64,000 nucleotides of DNA from Camelus dromedarius (lineage: Eukaryota). Of the stretch, positions 50,580-62,659 are shown piece after piece. The notes below the pieces were generated by a model. It was not told the DNA's origin. It did no database searches and saw nothing but the letters and a program-made list of their open reading frames with translations. How positions within the stretch are numbered: position 1 is the first letter of the stretch; the number at the start of each line of letters is the position of its first letter. The stretch covers positions 85,066,001-85,130,000 of the forward strand of contig NC_087436.1 in NCBI RefSeq assembly GCF_036321535.1, read 5' to 3'. A program made the position numbers and the translations under genes.

Positions 50580-52609
50580 TATTACATATCTTTAATGGAC
50601 AAAAATATTTAATTTGATTTCAGTAGTCAATAAAAGATTCATCCAAAATATTTGGAGCACTTTAAGATTTTAATCTAAATAAACATCTTTCAAACATCAA
50701 AAGGGTCAGGAGATAAAAATCAAAACCTGTATTTACAGCCCCTGAAGACTTATGATATATTTCAAAGGCAATTTCTCTTGGAATTTCTAGGGAACATTTT
50801 AAATATAAGAGTGACAGCTTTAACAAGGCCATATGGCAAATAATTATATGAAAGTTTTACTGTTTATATAATGAAGGTATTGGTTATTTAGGATACCATT
50901 TATATTATATTATTTATTCATAACGTGTTGCTTTGGTTATTGCTGTGGTTATTTATTTTCAGAACTATATTTTATCTTTTTTGCAGATTCACTATGTGAG
51001 AGGAGCAATAGATAAGGGTTAGGGCAAAAGAGAAGGAGGTTTTGAACTGTCATTTGAGACTATCACTTGAAAGCATATAGGCAGACTAGTTCACATTGTT
51101 TGTTGAATGTGTACAGTACTTGATTTTCACTTTCCCAAATAGACTGGCCAAGCTGGTTTTTACAGTTTGACACTCTGAAACTGTCAGTATATTGTAGTTT
51201 GATGATTCAAGTAATTTTGTACATAAATAAGAACATTAAACATATAGGGATTAAATCTAAACATTTATCTTAGAGGAAAACATCAAATCATCAGAAGGAC
51301 CAAAAATAAATCCCCAGTGAGGTGGAAGATATAGGGAGTATGGTGTTACTAATTTATTTTTATAATAATTGTAGAGTCTTGGTCTCCAAATACTATTTTC
51401 AACATTTTAAAATTCAGTGTTTTAGAAATAACGTTAGGATACTTTTCTGTCTTAGAATGTAATTTAAATCATCGTAATGGCTAAAGAGCTTTATGATTAT
51501 ACTTAAATCAATTATAAGGAGCTTGCTGAAAATGTGGGAGATTGGAGACTTGTTTATTGACTTTAAGATACAGTATAAAATTTTTTTAAATAGGTCCATG
51601 ATATTTTCTTGTTTGCCTTTGTCCTAAAACATTAATGCATGTTATAAAAAAAAAAATCCAGTAGTAATGAAATGTTCTAAAAATGTGTTTGTCACTAAAC
51701 CTAGGTGTACCACAGTAAGATTACCAGCCCTAAAATAATTACTTTAATAATATAGTTTACAGTATGCAGCAGGGGTCTGATGAAGCACCATTGGAACAAT
51801 ACCCAACCTGAAACAAGTGCTTTTTCTATTCTTTCAACTGTCATCTAGCCATATGTTTGTATAGATTAGAAGAGGGTATCTCTTCATCTTTAGGGCTCCC
51901 TCTGTCCCTCTCTACCTTTTGCTGAAAGCCCTGACATTTTGAAATTGTCTAGAGATGTTACTAGTGAGTACTTTTCTATAGATATTATGAGAATAAAAGT
52001 GAAAATGTTATGTTCCTAACATAAGCCATAGTTTCTAATGGTAGGGACTTTGTCTTGTTAAATCATATAACCCTAGTACGTAAAGTGCCTGGCCATAGTG
52101 TATACTCAATAATTTTTGAACATAAGGAAGTGCAGAAACTACTAATGTATCCATTATTTATACGTATGTGTATATGTACATATTTTGCAAATATTTTGAC
52201 ATTATTGTATATAACAATAGCCCTGCAATTTATCTTTCCATCTAAAAGAAAATTTAGTTGACTGTAATCCAGTTAGACTGTAAACTCCTTAAGGAGTTTG
52301 AGATTAACTTCATACCACTGAAATACTAAACTGTAGATGGGAGTATTATTCCACATTATAATCTAGTTGCCCAAATGTAAATTCTCAAATTTGTACCAAC
52401 TGAGAGTTCTCACTCATACTAACTTACTAATCAGCCACTTAAGAAAATTAATGCTCTGGCAGCTTTATTTGGTCAAACACATTTTATTTAAGTAGTAAGA
52501 TATAAACCATATGTTTACAACTTTATTTTTAAGTTTCTAGAATCTTTAATTATTAAAGATTAGCAGTTATACACAATATTATCATCAGCGTATATAAGAT
52601 TTTATCATT

Positions 52610-55600
52610 GGACTAAATTGGCAGCATAGGAATTTCTGGTGCTCATCCTTTGCCAAGTCATCAGTTTTGCTCCTGCAAACCCAGGCCCCATCTTGCTCCG
52701 GTGCCTGTCAGCCCTAGTGGCCCCAGGCAGCTCCTGTAACTCCTCAGCTCCAGACTCCGAGAGTCCTAGTAAACCTAGTCTTTACAACATGCGTGTAAAC
52801 CCTGATCCATTGTAGCACTAGTCAGCTCCTGTGAACTCAGGCTGCAGGCTCACCCTGGTGCTGGCCAACTTCTATGGCACCAGGCTCTCAGAAGGCTCCT
52901 GAGAACCTGTGCTTCCAACTTACCTCAGTATTGGCTGGCTATCACGGCACTGGGCAGCTCCCATAGCACCAGGCTACTGGCAGTTTTCCTGTGAACCCAG
53001 GCTTCTGGCACATCCTAGCACTGTCTTCTGTGGCCCCTGGATCCCAGTCAGTGCATGTGAACCCAGGCTCCCAGCTGGGCTCAGCACCTGTCCAAATAGC
53101 ATGGCCGCAGGTTCCTGACAGACCCGAGCTCTAGGCTGGCCCATGTGGAACTAGACTCCAGATGGGCTCTTGTGGGTCCCAGATCCGGGTCCTCCCTCTT
53201 GGACCCCGGCACTGGGATGTCTGAATATACAAGCACCAGGCCTGCCCCTCTAGTAGTTCCAGCAGTATGTGTGAACACCACCTGATCTCTGGGTGGACTG
53301 GTGAAGGACTTTGCCTACTGAAGCATGTTGTAAAGACTAAAAGAGGTGCCCATTTCCTCAAATGTGCAGTTTCCAATGCAGGCCACAGGGATCATGAAAT
53401 AATCAAGGAAACATGACACTATTAAAGGAAACTAACACAACTCTAATGACTAACCCTAAAGAGAATTATGAACTCTCCTGCAAAGCATTCAGAGTAATCC
53501 CCTTGAAGAAATTTGTTAAACTATTTAAAAAAAAAAAAAGACAAGAAAATGAAACTGGGAAAAACAATGCATCAACAAAATGAGAAGTTCAACAAAGAAA
53601 TGGAAACCATTAAAAAAAAATCCTCAAGTTGAGAAGTACAGTTGACTGTTCAACAGAAATCTTGCAACTACAGACTTGACAAAGCAGAAGAAAGAGTGAA
53701 TGAGAAGACAGGTCATTTGAATCCTTCCAAAGAAACAAAAGAGAATGAAAGAAAAGACAAAGAAAAGAATACCATTAAAAGAAACAATCTACCCGTTATT
53801 GAAATCCCAGAAGAAGAAGAGAGGGAGAAAGGAGTATGATGCTAATTTAAAGAAATAATGGCTGAGAGGTTCCCAAATCTGGGGAGAAGTTTGGACATCT
53901 AAGTTCCTGAAGCTTGAAGTGAATAGGTAACCCCCAAATTTCAACTGGAAATGATCTTTTCCAAGACACAATATAAAATTGTCTAAATCAAACACAACAT
54001 TTTAAAAGCAGTAAGAAAAAAAATTCTTCACATGTAAGGGAATCCCATAAGGGAATCCCCCACAAGGCTATCAGCAGAATTCTCAGTAGAAACTTTGCAG
54101 ACCAGGAGAATGTGGGATGATATATTCAAAGTGCTGAAAGAGAAAAACTACCAACAAAAATACTTTACCCAGCAAGGCTGTTTTATAGGAATGAAGGAGA
54201 GAGACTTTCCCAAACAAAAACTGAGGGTTCATCACCATTAGACCTGCCTTGTAAGAAATGATGAAAGGGGTTCTTCAAGTTTAAAGAAAAGAATGCTAAT
54301 TAGTAACATGAAAACATAAAACATACTGGTAAAGGTAAGCATGTAATTCATTTCAGAGCATTAGATAATATGAGAGTATTCAGAGTAATATGGTGATATG
54401 TTAATTACAAACTAAAGGTTTAAAAGGCCAAAAGTATTAAAAGTAACTATAGTTACAGTAATTTGTTAATGGATGCACAATATTGAGGTAAATCATGACA
54501 TCAAAAATAAAGAGTAAAGTTTTTGCATGTGATCTAAGTTGTTAGATCTATAAGTAGACTATTATATCTAGAAGATGTTTTATGTAAGTCTCAAGGGAAC
54601 CAAAAAGCAAAACCTGCGGTAGATACCCAAAAGATAAAGGGAAGGGAATCAGCATACCATAATGGAAAATTATCATTTCACAGAGAAAGCAGCAAAAGAT
54701 GAAGAAAAGAATAAGGGGACTACAAAACAGGCAGGAAACATTTAGTAAAATGCATTAGAAAGTTCTTATCTATAAATAATTATATTAAATGTAAATGGAT
54801 AAAATTTCCTATCAAAAGGCATATGGTAGCTGACCGGATTTAAAAAATAGCCAGCTATTTTCAGCCCCATAAGAGATTCATTTCTTCATTTCACCTTTAA
54901 GAATATGTATAGGTTCAAAGAGGAGGGATAGAAAAACATATTCCATGCAAGGGAAACCAAAGAGAGTAGGAGTAGCTTACCTTTTATCAGACAAAATAGA
55001 CTGTAAGTCAGAAATTGTAACAAGAGATAAAGAAGGTCATTATACAATGAAAAGGGGATCAATTTATCAAGAGGATATAACAATTGCAGATATATATGCA
55101 CCCAACACTGGAGCACCTAAAAATCTTAAGCAAATACTAACAGATCTTAAGAGAGAAATCAACAACAATACAATAATAGTAGGGGACTTCAATTATTCCC
55201 TCTTTCAGTAATGGATAGCTCATTGATAACTCATCTAGAAGAATGAGGGAAATGCTGGAAATGAAATATACCTTGTACCTACTGTTTGGTACTAGGTATT
55301 GGACCTAAGAGACATATACAGAACATTCCATCCAATAGCAACAGAATATGTATTCTTCTCAAGTGCACATGGACACTCTTCAGGATACATGTTAGGTCAC
55401 AAAACAAGCCTTAGCAAATGTAGGAAGATTGGCATCATATTAAGTGTCTTTTCCATACAGTGGTGTGAGACTAAAAATCAGTAACAGGAGGAAAACTGAA
55501 AAATTCACAAATGTGTGGAAATTAAATGACACACTCCTACACAGCCAATCAGTTAAAGAAGAAATCAAAAGGGAAATAAAAAAAAATGGAACAAACAAAA

Positions 55601-56590
55601 GTGGAAACACAATACCAAAACACATGGTATGCAGCAAAAGCAGTTTTAAGAGGGAACTTTATAGCAATAAATAATGCCTAGATTAAGGAAATAAAATCAT
55701 GAAGAAACAATATAACTATATTTCAGGGAACTAGAAAAAGAAGAACATACTGAGCCTAAAGTTAGCAGAAGGAAGGAAATACAGATTAGAGCAGAAATAA
55801 ATGAAAGAGACCAGGAAAACAATACAAAAATAAATGAGACTAGTAGTGTTTTTTTGAAAAGAGAACATTGACAAATCTTTAGCTAGACTAAGGAAAAGAG
55901 AAGACTCAGAAATGAAAGGGGAGACATTACAACTGACACAACAAATACAAAGGAAAATAAGACTACTATGAACAATCATGCCAACAAATTGATTAATCTA
56001 GAAGAAATGAATAAATTCCTAGAAATGTACAATCTACCGTGACTGAATCTTGAAGTGGAAAAAATGGACAGACCAATAATGGATAAGGAAATTGAAAAAT
56101 AATCAAAAGCCTTGCAACAAAGAAAAGCCAGGACCAAATAGTTTCACTGGTGAATTGTTCTACCAAATATTTAAAGAATAATTAACACCAGTTCTTCTTA
56201 AACCTTTCCAAAAAACTGAAGAGGAAAAAACACTCCTAAACTCATTTTGAGACCTGATATCAAAACCAGATTAGGATACTACAAGAAAACTACAGGCCAA
56301 TATCCTTGATGATATAGGTGCAGAAATGATAAACAAACTACAAGTAAACTGAATTCAACAACACATTAAAAGGATCACACACCATAGTCAAGTTCAGTTT
56401 ATCCCTGGGATGCAAGGATGATTCAGTATACACAAATCAATAAATGTGACACACCATGTTAATAGAAAGAAAGATAAAAATCACATGATCAGTTACTATT
56501 GAATAGATGAAGAAAAGCATTTGACAAAGTTAAAGTTCTTTCGTGATAAAAATTCTCAACAAATTGGGTATGAAAGGCATGTACCTCAAC
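52610..56590 (+). mobile_element. Decayed L1: 5' UTR, ORF1 and 5' half of ORF2 (3' part missing)
   Basis: ORF1 remnant 53642..53839 (RLDKAEERV...IKRNNL) and endonuclease remnants 54945..55211 (RDKEGHY...IYAPNTGAP...IIVGDFN) and 55299..55484 (DIYRTFHP), with many stops and frameshifts. Confidence 0.92.
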
Positions 56591-56670
56591 TGTGAGAGAG
56601 AAGTATTTTGTGTTTTGAGTCACCCAGTTTGTGATCCTTTGTTTTGGCAGCCGTAGGAAACCGAAATAAG
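56588..56670 (+). mobile_element. MLT1 LTR 3' fragment
   Basis: aactgtgagagagaagtattttgtgttttgagtcacccagtttgtgatcctttgttttggcagccgtaggaaac. Confidence 0.7.
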
Positions 56671-57169
56671 TTCCCATTAGAAAATGATGTGAAATCACAA
56701 TATTTAAAAAAAAAAAATTGGCGCAGACCCTAGATAAAACTTCTGCCAAAGGAAATGAATAGAAATGTAACATGCAAAAGAGAAGTGACTCAGAATAAAT
56801 CTTATTTTAGGAAATGGAAGGAAACTTGACAAAATATTCTCTGTACTCAGTAAACATAAACAGTATAGCAACAGAAATGGTAAGGAATATGAAAAATTGG
56901 AAACATAAGTATGAAAGTTTAAGCACAGTAATTTATGAGGGCAGACTTTTTTCCTCCTGATTTTTTGATTAATTTTCTAGTTTTATTACATTGTGATTTC
57001 TGTATACCCACATTGTCTAATAGAACTTTTTGTGATGATGGAAGTGCTCTATAGCTGCTGAGCGATAGAAACCACTACCATAACAAGCAATCACTTTTAA
57101 CCATGTTTGCAGGTTTTCTGATATTTATCTTTATAATGTTATAACTAACATGTCTTTTTTTAGATTATC

Positions 57170-59760
57170 TTAGAAAAACACATAACATTAAATTTATCAC
57201 CTTAATCATTTTAAAATGTCCTGTTAGTGATAAATATATTCACACTGTTGTGTGGCAGATCTCTAAAACATTTTTCATCTTGCAAAACTGAAACTCTAAT
57301 CATTAAACACTAGTTCTCCTTCCCCTCTGCCCCTTGCCCTTGGCAGCTGCCTCTCTGCTTTCTGTTTCTGATTGTGACTACTTTAGATACCTCAAGTAAG
57401 TGGAATCGTGTACTATTTGTCGATAAGCTGCTTTTGCTTAACATAATGTCCTTGAGGTTCATCCGTTTTATAGTGTGTGACAAGATTCCTTTTTTAAGGT
57501 TGCATAATATTCCATAGTTGTATATCCCACATTTTCTTTATCCATTTATCTGTAGATGGACTTTTGGATTGCTTTCACCTCTTGGCTCTTGTGAATAATG
57601 TTGAAATGAACATGAGTGTACAAACAACTCTTCAAGATCCTGTTTTGAATTTTTTTGAATACATATCTGGGAATGTGATTGCTGGAGCATATGGTAATTT
57701 TATTTCTAGTATTTTGAGGAATATCCATACTCTTTTCCATATAGCTGCACCATTTTACATTTCCAGTAACAGTGAACAAGTTTCCAGTTTCTCTATATCC
57801 TCACTAACCCTTGTTATTTTCTGTTCTTTTAACAGTTTCCATCCTAATAGGTTTGAGGTGATATCTTACTGTAATTTTGATTTGCATTTCTCTTATGATT
57901 AGGAATGTTGAACACCTTTTGTATCCTGTTGGCCATTTGATTTATCTTCTTTGGAGAATTGTGTATGTCCATTACCCATTTTTTTAGTTGGATTATTTGG
58001 TTTTTGTTGAGTTATAGTTTCTTAGGTATTATGAATATTAAGCCCTTTATCTGATATATACTTTGCAAATATTTTCTCCCATTCTTTTGGTTGCCTTTTT
58101 GCTCTGTTGATTTGTTTCCTTTGATAAGCTGAAGCTTTTCAGTTTAATGTAGTCCATTTGTGTATTTTTGTTTTTGTTGCCTGTACTTTTAGTGTCATAT
58201 CCACGAAAACACTGCCAAATCCAATGTCTTGAGTTTTTCCCCAGTGTTTCTTCTAGGAGTTTTATGGTTTTAGATCTTATGTTTATGTCTTTAATCTATT
58301 TTGAGTTCATTTTTGTAAATGGTATGAGGTAAAGGTCTGAATTCATTCTTTTACATATCCAGTTTTCCCAGCATCAATTGTTAAAGAGACTGTCTTTTTT
58401 CCCATTGTGTAGTCTTGGTATTCTTGTTGAACATCATTTGGCCGTATATGCAAAGGTTTGTTTCTAGGCTGTCTATTCTGTTCCGTTGGTATTTTATATC
58501 TGTCCTAATGCTACTGTCTTAATTACTGTTGCTTTATAGTATGTTTTGAAATCAGGACTTGAGAGTTCTCCAGTATTGTTCTTTTTTTCCCCCAAGATTT
58601 TTTGGGCTATTTGGGATTATTTGGGAAATCTTTAAGGTTCCATATGAATTTTGAGATTGTTTTTACATTTCTGCAAAATATGCTAGCAGGATTTTAAGAG
58701 AGATTGCATTGAGTCTATAGGTTGCTTTAGATAATGTGGACATTTTAATAATACTGAGTCTTCCAGTCCACAGAGTGTCTTTCCATTTCTTTGTGTCTTT
58801 GGTTTCTTTTAGCTATATTCTATAATTTTCAGTGTATAAGTTTTCACCTCTTTGATTAAGGTTATTAAGTATATTCTTTAATGCTGTTGTAAATGCAGTT
58901 GTTTACTTAGTTTCCTTTTTTGGATTGTTCATTGTTAATGTTCAACAACAAAACTGATTTTTGAGTCTAGTTTGCATTGGGCAGCTTTACTGAAATCATT
59001 CATTTGCTTTAACAGTCTTTTGTGGGTGTGGAATCTTTAGGGTTTTCTGCATATAAAACCTTGTTATCTGTGAATAGAGGTAATTTTTTGCTTCTTCCTT
59101 CCGTATTTGAATTCCTTTTGTTTCTTTTTCTTAGGTAATTGCTTTAGCTAGGATTTTCAGCTCTGTATTGAATGGAAGCAATGTGAGTAGGTATCCTTGC
59201 TTTGTCCATAATTTTAAAGGAAAAGCTTTAAGTTTTCATTGTTGAGTATGATGTTAACTGTGGATATTTATTATATGGCTCTTATTACATTGAGGTGGTT
59301 TGCTTCTGTTGATAGTTTGCTTAGTGTTTTTATTTTGGAAGATTGTTTAATTTTGTAAAATGCTTTTTCTCCATCAATTGAGGTGATCTTTTTTTCCCCT
59401 AGATTCTGTTAATGTGGTGTATGACATTGATTGATTTTCATATTTTGAACCATCCTTGCCTTCCAGTTATAAATACCATTTGATGATGGCACATAATCCA
59501 TTTAACTTGCTGTTGAATTTGGGTTGTTAGTATTTTGTTGAGCGTTTTTATATAAATATTCATCAGGAACATTGGTCTGTAGTTTTCTTGTCTTTTTTTG
59601 GCTTTGGTATTGTGGTAATGCTGGCTTCTTGGAATGAGTTTGGAAATGTTCCCTCCTGTTTAATTCTTTGTAAATTTGAGGAGGATCAGTGTTAGTTCTT
59701 TAAATGTTTTGGAGAATTTTCCTGCAAAGCCATCTGGTCCTAGGCTCTTTGTTGGGATCT
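57170..59760 (-). mobile_element. L1 (L1MB-like) ORF2 3' half plus 3' UTR, antisense
   Basis: Continuous antisense L1 homology (aagccatctggtcctaggct; tttgcaaatattttctcccatt; gcataatattccatagttgtatatcccacattt). Confidence 0.88.
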
Positions 59761-61299
59761 GCTTTTATTTCTTGATTAATTAACTTTATTCTTTTGATTT
59801 TGCTAAGAAAGATAAGGATTTAGCTTACTTATGTTGTCCTGAATGTCTCTTCTATCTTCATTCTGAAGTTCAAAACTTTTATTATAGTTAGTTCTTTTAT
59901 TAGTACTTTTTAACTGTAAATAGTTTCTTAGATATTGTATTTTAATCCCTAGTATGACAGATAAAGACTTTTATCTGTTTCTCCATCTTGTCTCTTCTAT
60001 TCCCTCACTTCCATTCCTACTTTTTTTTTTTTTTTTTTTTGGTATTTGACCAGGCTGATCACATGACATTTACATTCTGCTCTATAATAAGATTTAGGTC
60101 TGAAAGACATTCAGGCTTTTCAGTATGTTGATTCTAAAAGCTGAACACAGTAAATTGCAGTTGATCATTTAGCTAGAATTATTTTTTAATTTTCCATGGG
60201 TCCAAAATTATGTTGCTACAGGAACTCAAAAAAATAAAATATGTGATAATCAAGGTAAGGTTGGTTCTCTTTATTTAGGGTTCATAAGTTTTTTCCACTA
60301 TCTTGCCACTATTTTGCTTTATATTCTGATTAGTTTGCTTAATTTTGTTCATTTCCTCCCTCCCCAGTCTGTAATTGCCTTTTTCTCCTTGGTAGAAAAA
60401 AAATCTACCTTCACTCTATCCTCAAATGTTTCCTGCTTGAATCGTAGTATCTCTTCTTTGTTGGATGGAATTCCTCATTTTCCTGGAGACATCCCTCTTA
60501 GAGTTCTTCTGCTTCCTGCCTCAGTCTTCATGGGTTGGTAGTCTGCTGTATATCTTTCTGAGATACTCCTTCAGTGTATTTCTGCATTAGATTTACTGTT
60601 TCTTAGGTATCTTTCTCTTTCATGGCACTCCCCTTTTTGCTGGAATGTATTCTAAATTAACTTAAGTACACAGGGTATTTAAGATGTAAACATTATAAAT
60701 TCTTGCATGCCTGAACATAGTTTTTGTCCTGGTTCATAATTGCTTAATAGTTTGGGTGCAGAAATTTAGATTCAAATTAAATTTACCGTAAGAACTTAAT
60801 GGATTTTGCTCTATTCTGTTTAGATCAAAATGGAAGGGAGTCTAATGCTACTCTGAGTCTTGTTACTTTTTTAATAACCTTTTCCCTCTCTCTTTGGAAG
60901 TTTTAGTGTTTTATCTTTGTCCTTGTAATTCTGGAATTTTAGAGTTATGTGTCTAGGTATGAATTGTTTTTGTTGTTCTATCCAGACTCTCTGGAGTTTG
61001 TAGGTTCCTTTCAGTTGAAATACAGGTCTCTCCCTTCAGGTGTGGAAAATGTTCTCTTATTATTTCTTTGGTAGTATTTCCTGGTTGTCTATGTTCTCCC
61101 ACTTGGGAATGCTCACCAGCAGATTATTGGCTTTCTGTTTGATCCTTATGTCTTTATCTCTTCTTCTGTTTTCTGCCATTGGTTTTTAATTCTGTATTAT
61201 AGCAGATTTCTTCAACTGTATATTCCTGTCTTCCTATGACTGTAAGCAGATTGTAAATATTTCAGTAGCTTTGCTTGTTTTCTCCGGGTATCATTTCAA

Positions 61300-61540
61300 G
61301 AGGCAGTGTAATATAGTAGTTAAAAGCATATATGATGGAACCAGACTACCAGACTATGGGTTAAGATCCCAGCTCCACCCTTAATAACCATGTGGCCTTC
61401 GGCAAGTTATTTAACCTCTCTATGCTCAGTTTCTGAACTACAAAATGAGGTTAATAACTATTTTGTGGACAAAGGAGTTCATATTTGTTAAGCATTTATA
61501 ACAGTTCTTAGTGTAATGAAATCTGTATCATTGATTATTA
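61300..61540 (+). mobile_element. MIR SINE
   Basis: gatcccagctccacccttaataaccatgtggccttcggcaagttatttaacctctctatgctcagtttc. Confidence 0.8.
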
Positions 61541-62230
61541 AATATGTGGCATTCTGAGTTTTGTTTTGTTTTGTTTTTTTAAATTGAGTGCAGTTTCTTT
61601 AGGAGTATCTCAAGGATATTTTGTTTTGTATCCTTTTTTTCTGTACCGTGAATAATCTTTAGTTCTTCTGGGGTTAGTTGATCTAATTATTTATTTTGGT
61701 CTTTTTCTAGCTGTGGTTTTTCCTTGTATGGCTGGGGATTATTATTGTTGGTTCATGTATATTGCTACAGGATTATCTTGATTATTTTAAGTAGCTGTGG
61801 TAGGTTTTTTTCCCTTGTTGGATAGGTGGATTTTTGTTTGAAATTACCTTCTCTGTTTGAAAAGAGTACTTGGTAATTCTCTGTACATAGATGGAGCATC
61901 TTGTCTGCTGGCAAGTTTGGGTTTAGAGCAGAAGAGCAGAGAAGTATTGTTATTCTCAGGAGCTTTCCAGTTGTCATATTGACATGAGCCCTCCGGACAC
62001 TAACATCCATCTGATTTCTTTCTGAGCAGTTTGTTAGATTTCTTTAGAAAAAAGTTTCGCAATTTTAGGCCTAGGGGTGACACTGGGCCTTGTTTAGCCA
62101 GGGGAGGGGTGCAGAGAAAAGAGACAGATAAAGCTTTTTTTATAGGTTGCTTGTTTTCAGCCTGCTTACCTGCTAACACTGAGCCTAGAGTCTCAGCATG
62201 ATTGACTTAGAGCTCCACTCTAGTCCCTTT

Positions 62231-62340
62231 TTCAAATTTTTTACTTACTTTTATTTTTTTAAATGGAGATACTGGGGATTGAACCCAGGACCTCATGCAT
62301 GCTAGGCATGCATTCTACCACTGAGCTATACCCTCCCCCA
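62231..62340 (-). mobile_element. Vic-1-like tRNA-derived camelid SINE, full length, 14-bp TSD
   Basis: The minus strand reads ggggagggtatagctcagtggtagaatgcatgcctagcatgcatgaggtcctgggttcaatccccagtatctcc plus an A-tail. TSD ACTCTAGTCCCTTT at 62217-62230 and 62341-62354. Confidence 0.92.
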
Positions 62341-62659
62341 ACTCTAGTCCCTTTATGTGTGTATTTTGAGCTATGCTTTCCTTATTTCTGTGTAACCTGT
62401 TAACACACTTGGATCTGCTTTCTGTTCTCCAGAAATCTACTGTGTCATTTCATCTCTTTGTAATTTTCTTCTGCATTCTTTTCATTGTTTCATAGATTTC
62501 ACTTTTTCTACATTTGTGCTCTCTTATCAGTAGGCTTTCCAAAGGCAAAAGAGGCAAAACAAAATGTTTGTCATCATCATCTCTTTCACTCTTCAGGTTT
62601 TCTTTTGGAAAAAAAAAATAGAAAAAGAAAGAAAAGGATGAAAGAAATTGTCACTTCAC

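Noticed and set aside
51770..51825. CTGATGA...GAAAC, resembling a hammerhead ribozyme core or C/D boxes
   Set aside because: Stem II has only 2 bp next to the core and I find no stem III or NUH cleavage triplet. The box C to box D span of about 35 nt is too short for a snoRNA.
52610..56590. Potentially active L1
   Set aside because: ORF1 and ORF2 are broken by many stops and frameshifts, and the 3' half is absent.
55900..59760. Oppositely oriented L1 ORF2 segments as an intronic dsRNA hairpin
   Set aside because: The two copies are old and visibly diverged and overlap over only several hundred bp, so stable pairing cannot be supported by eye.
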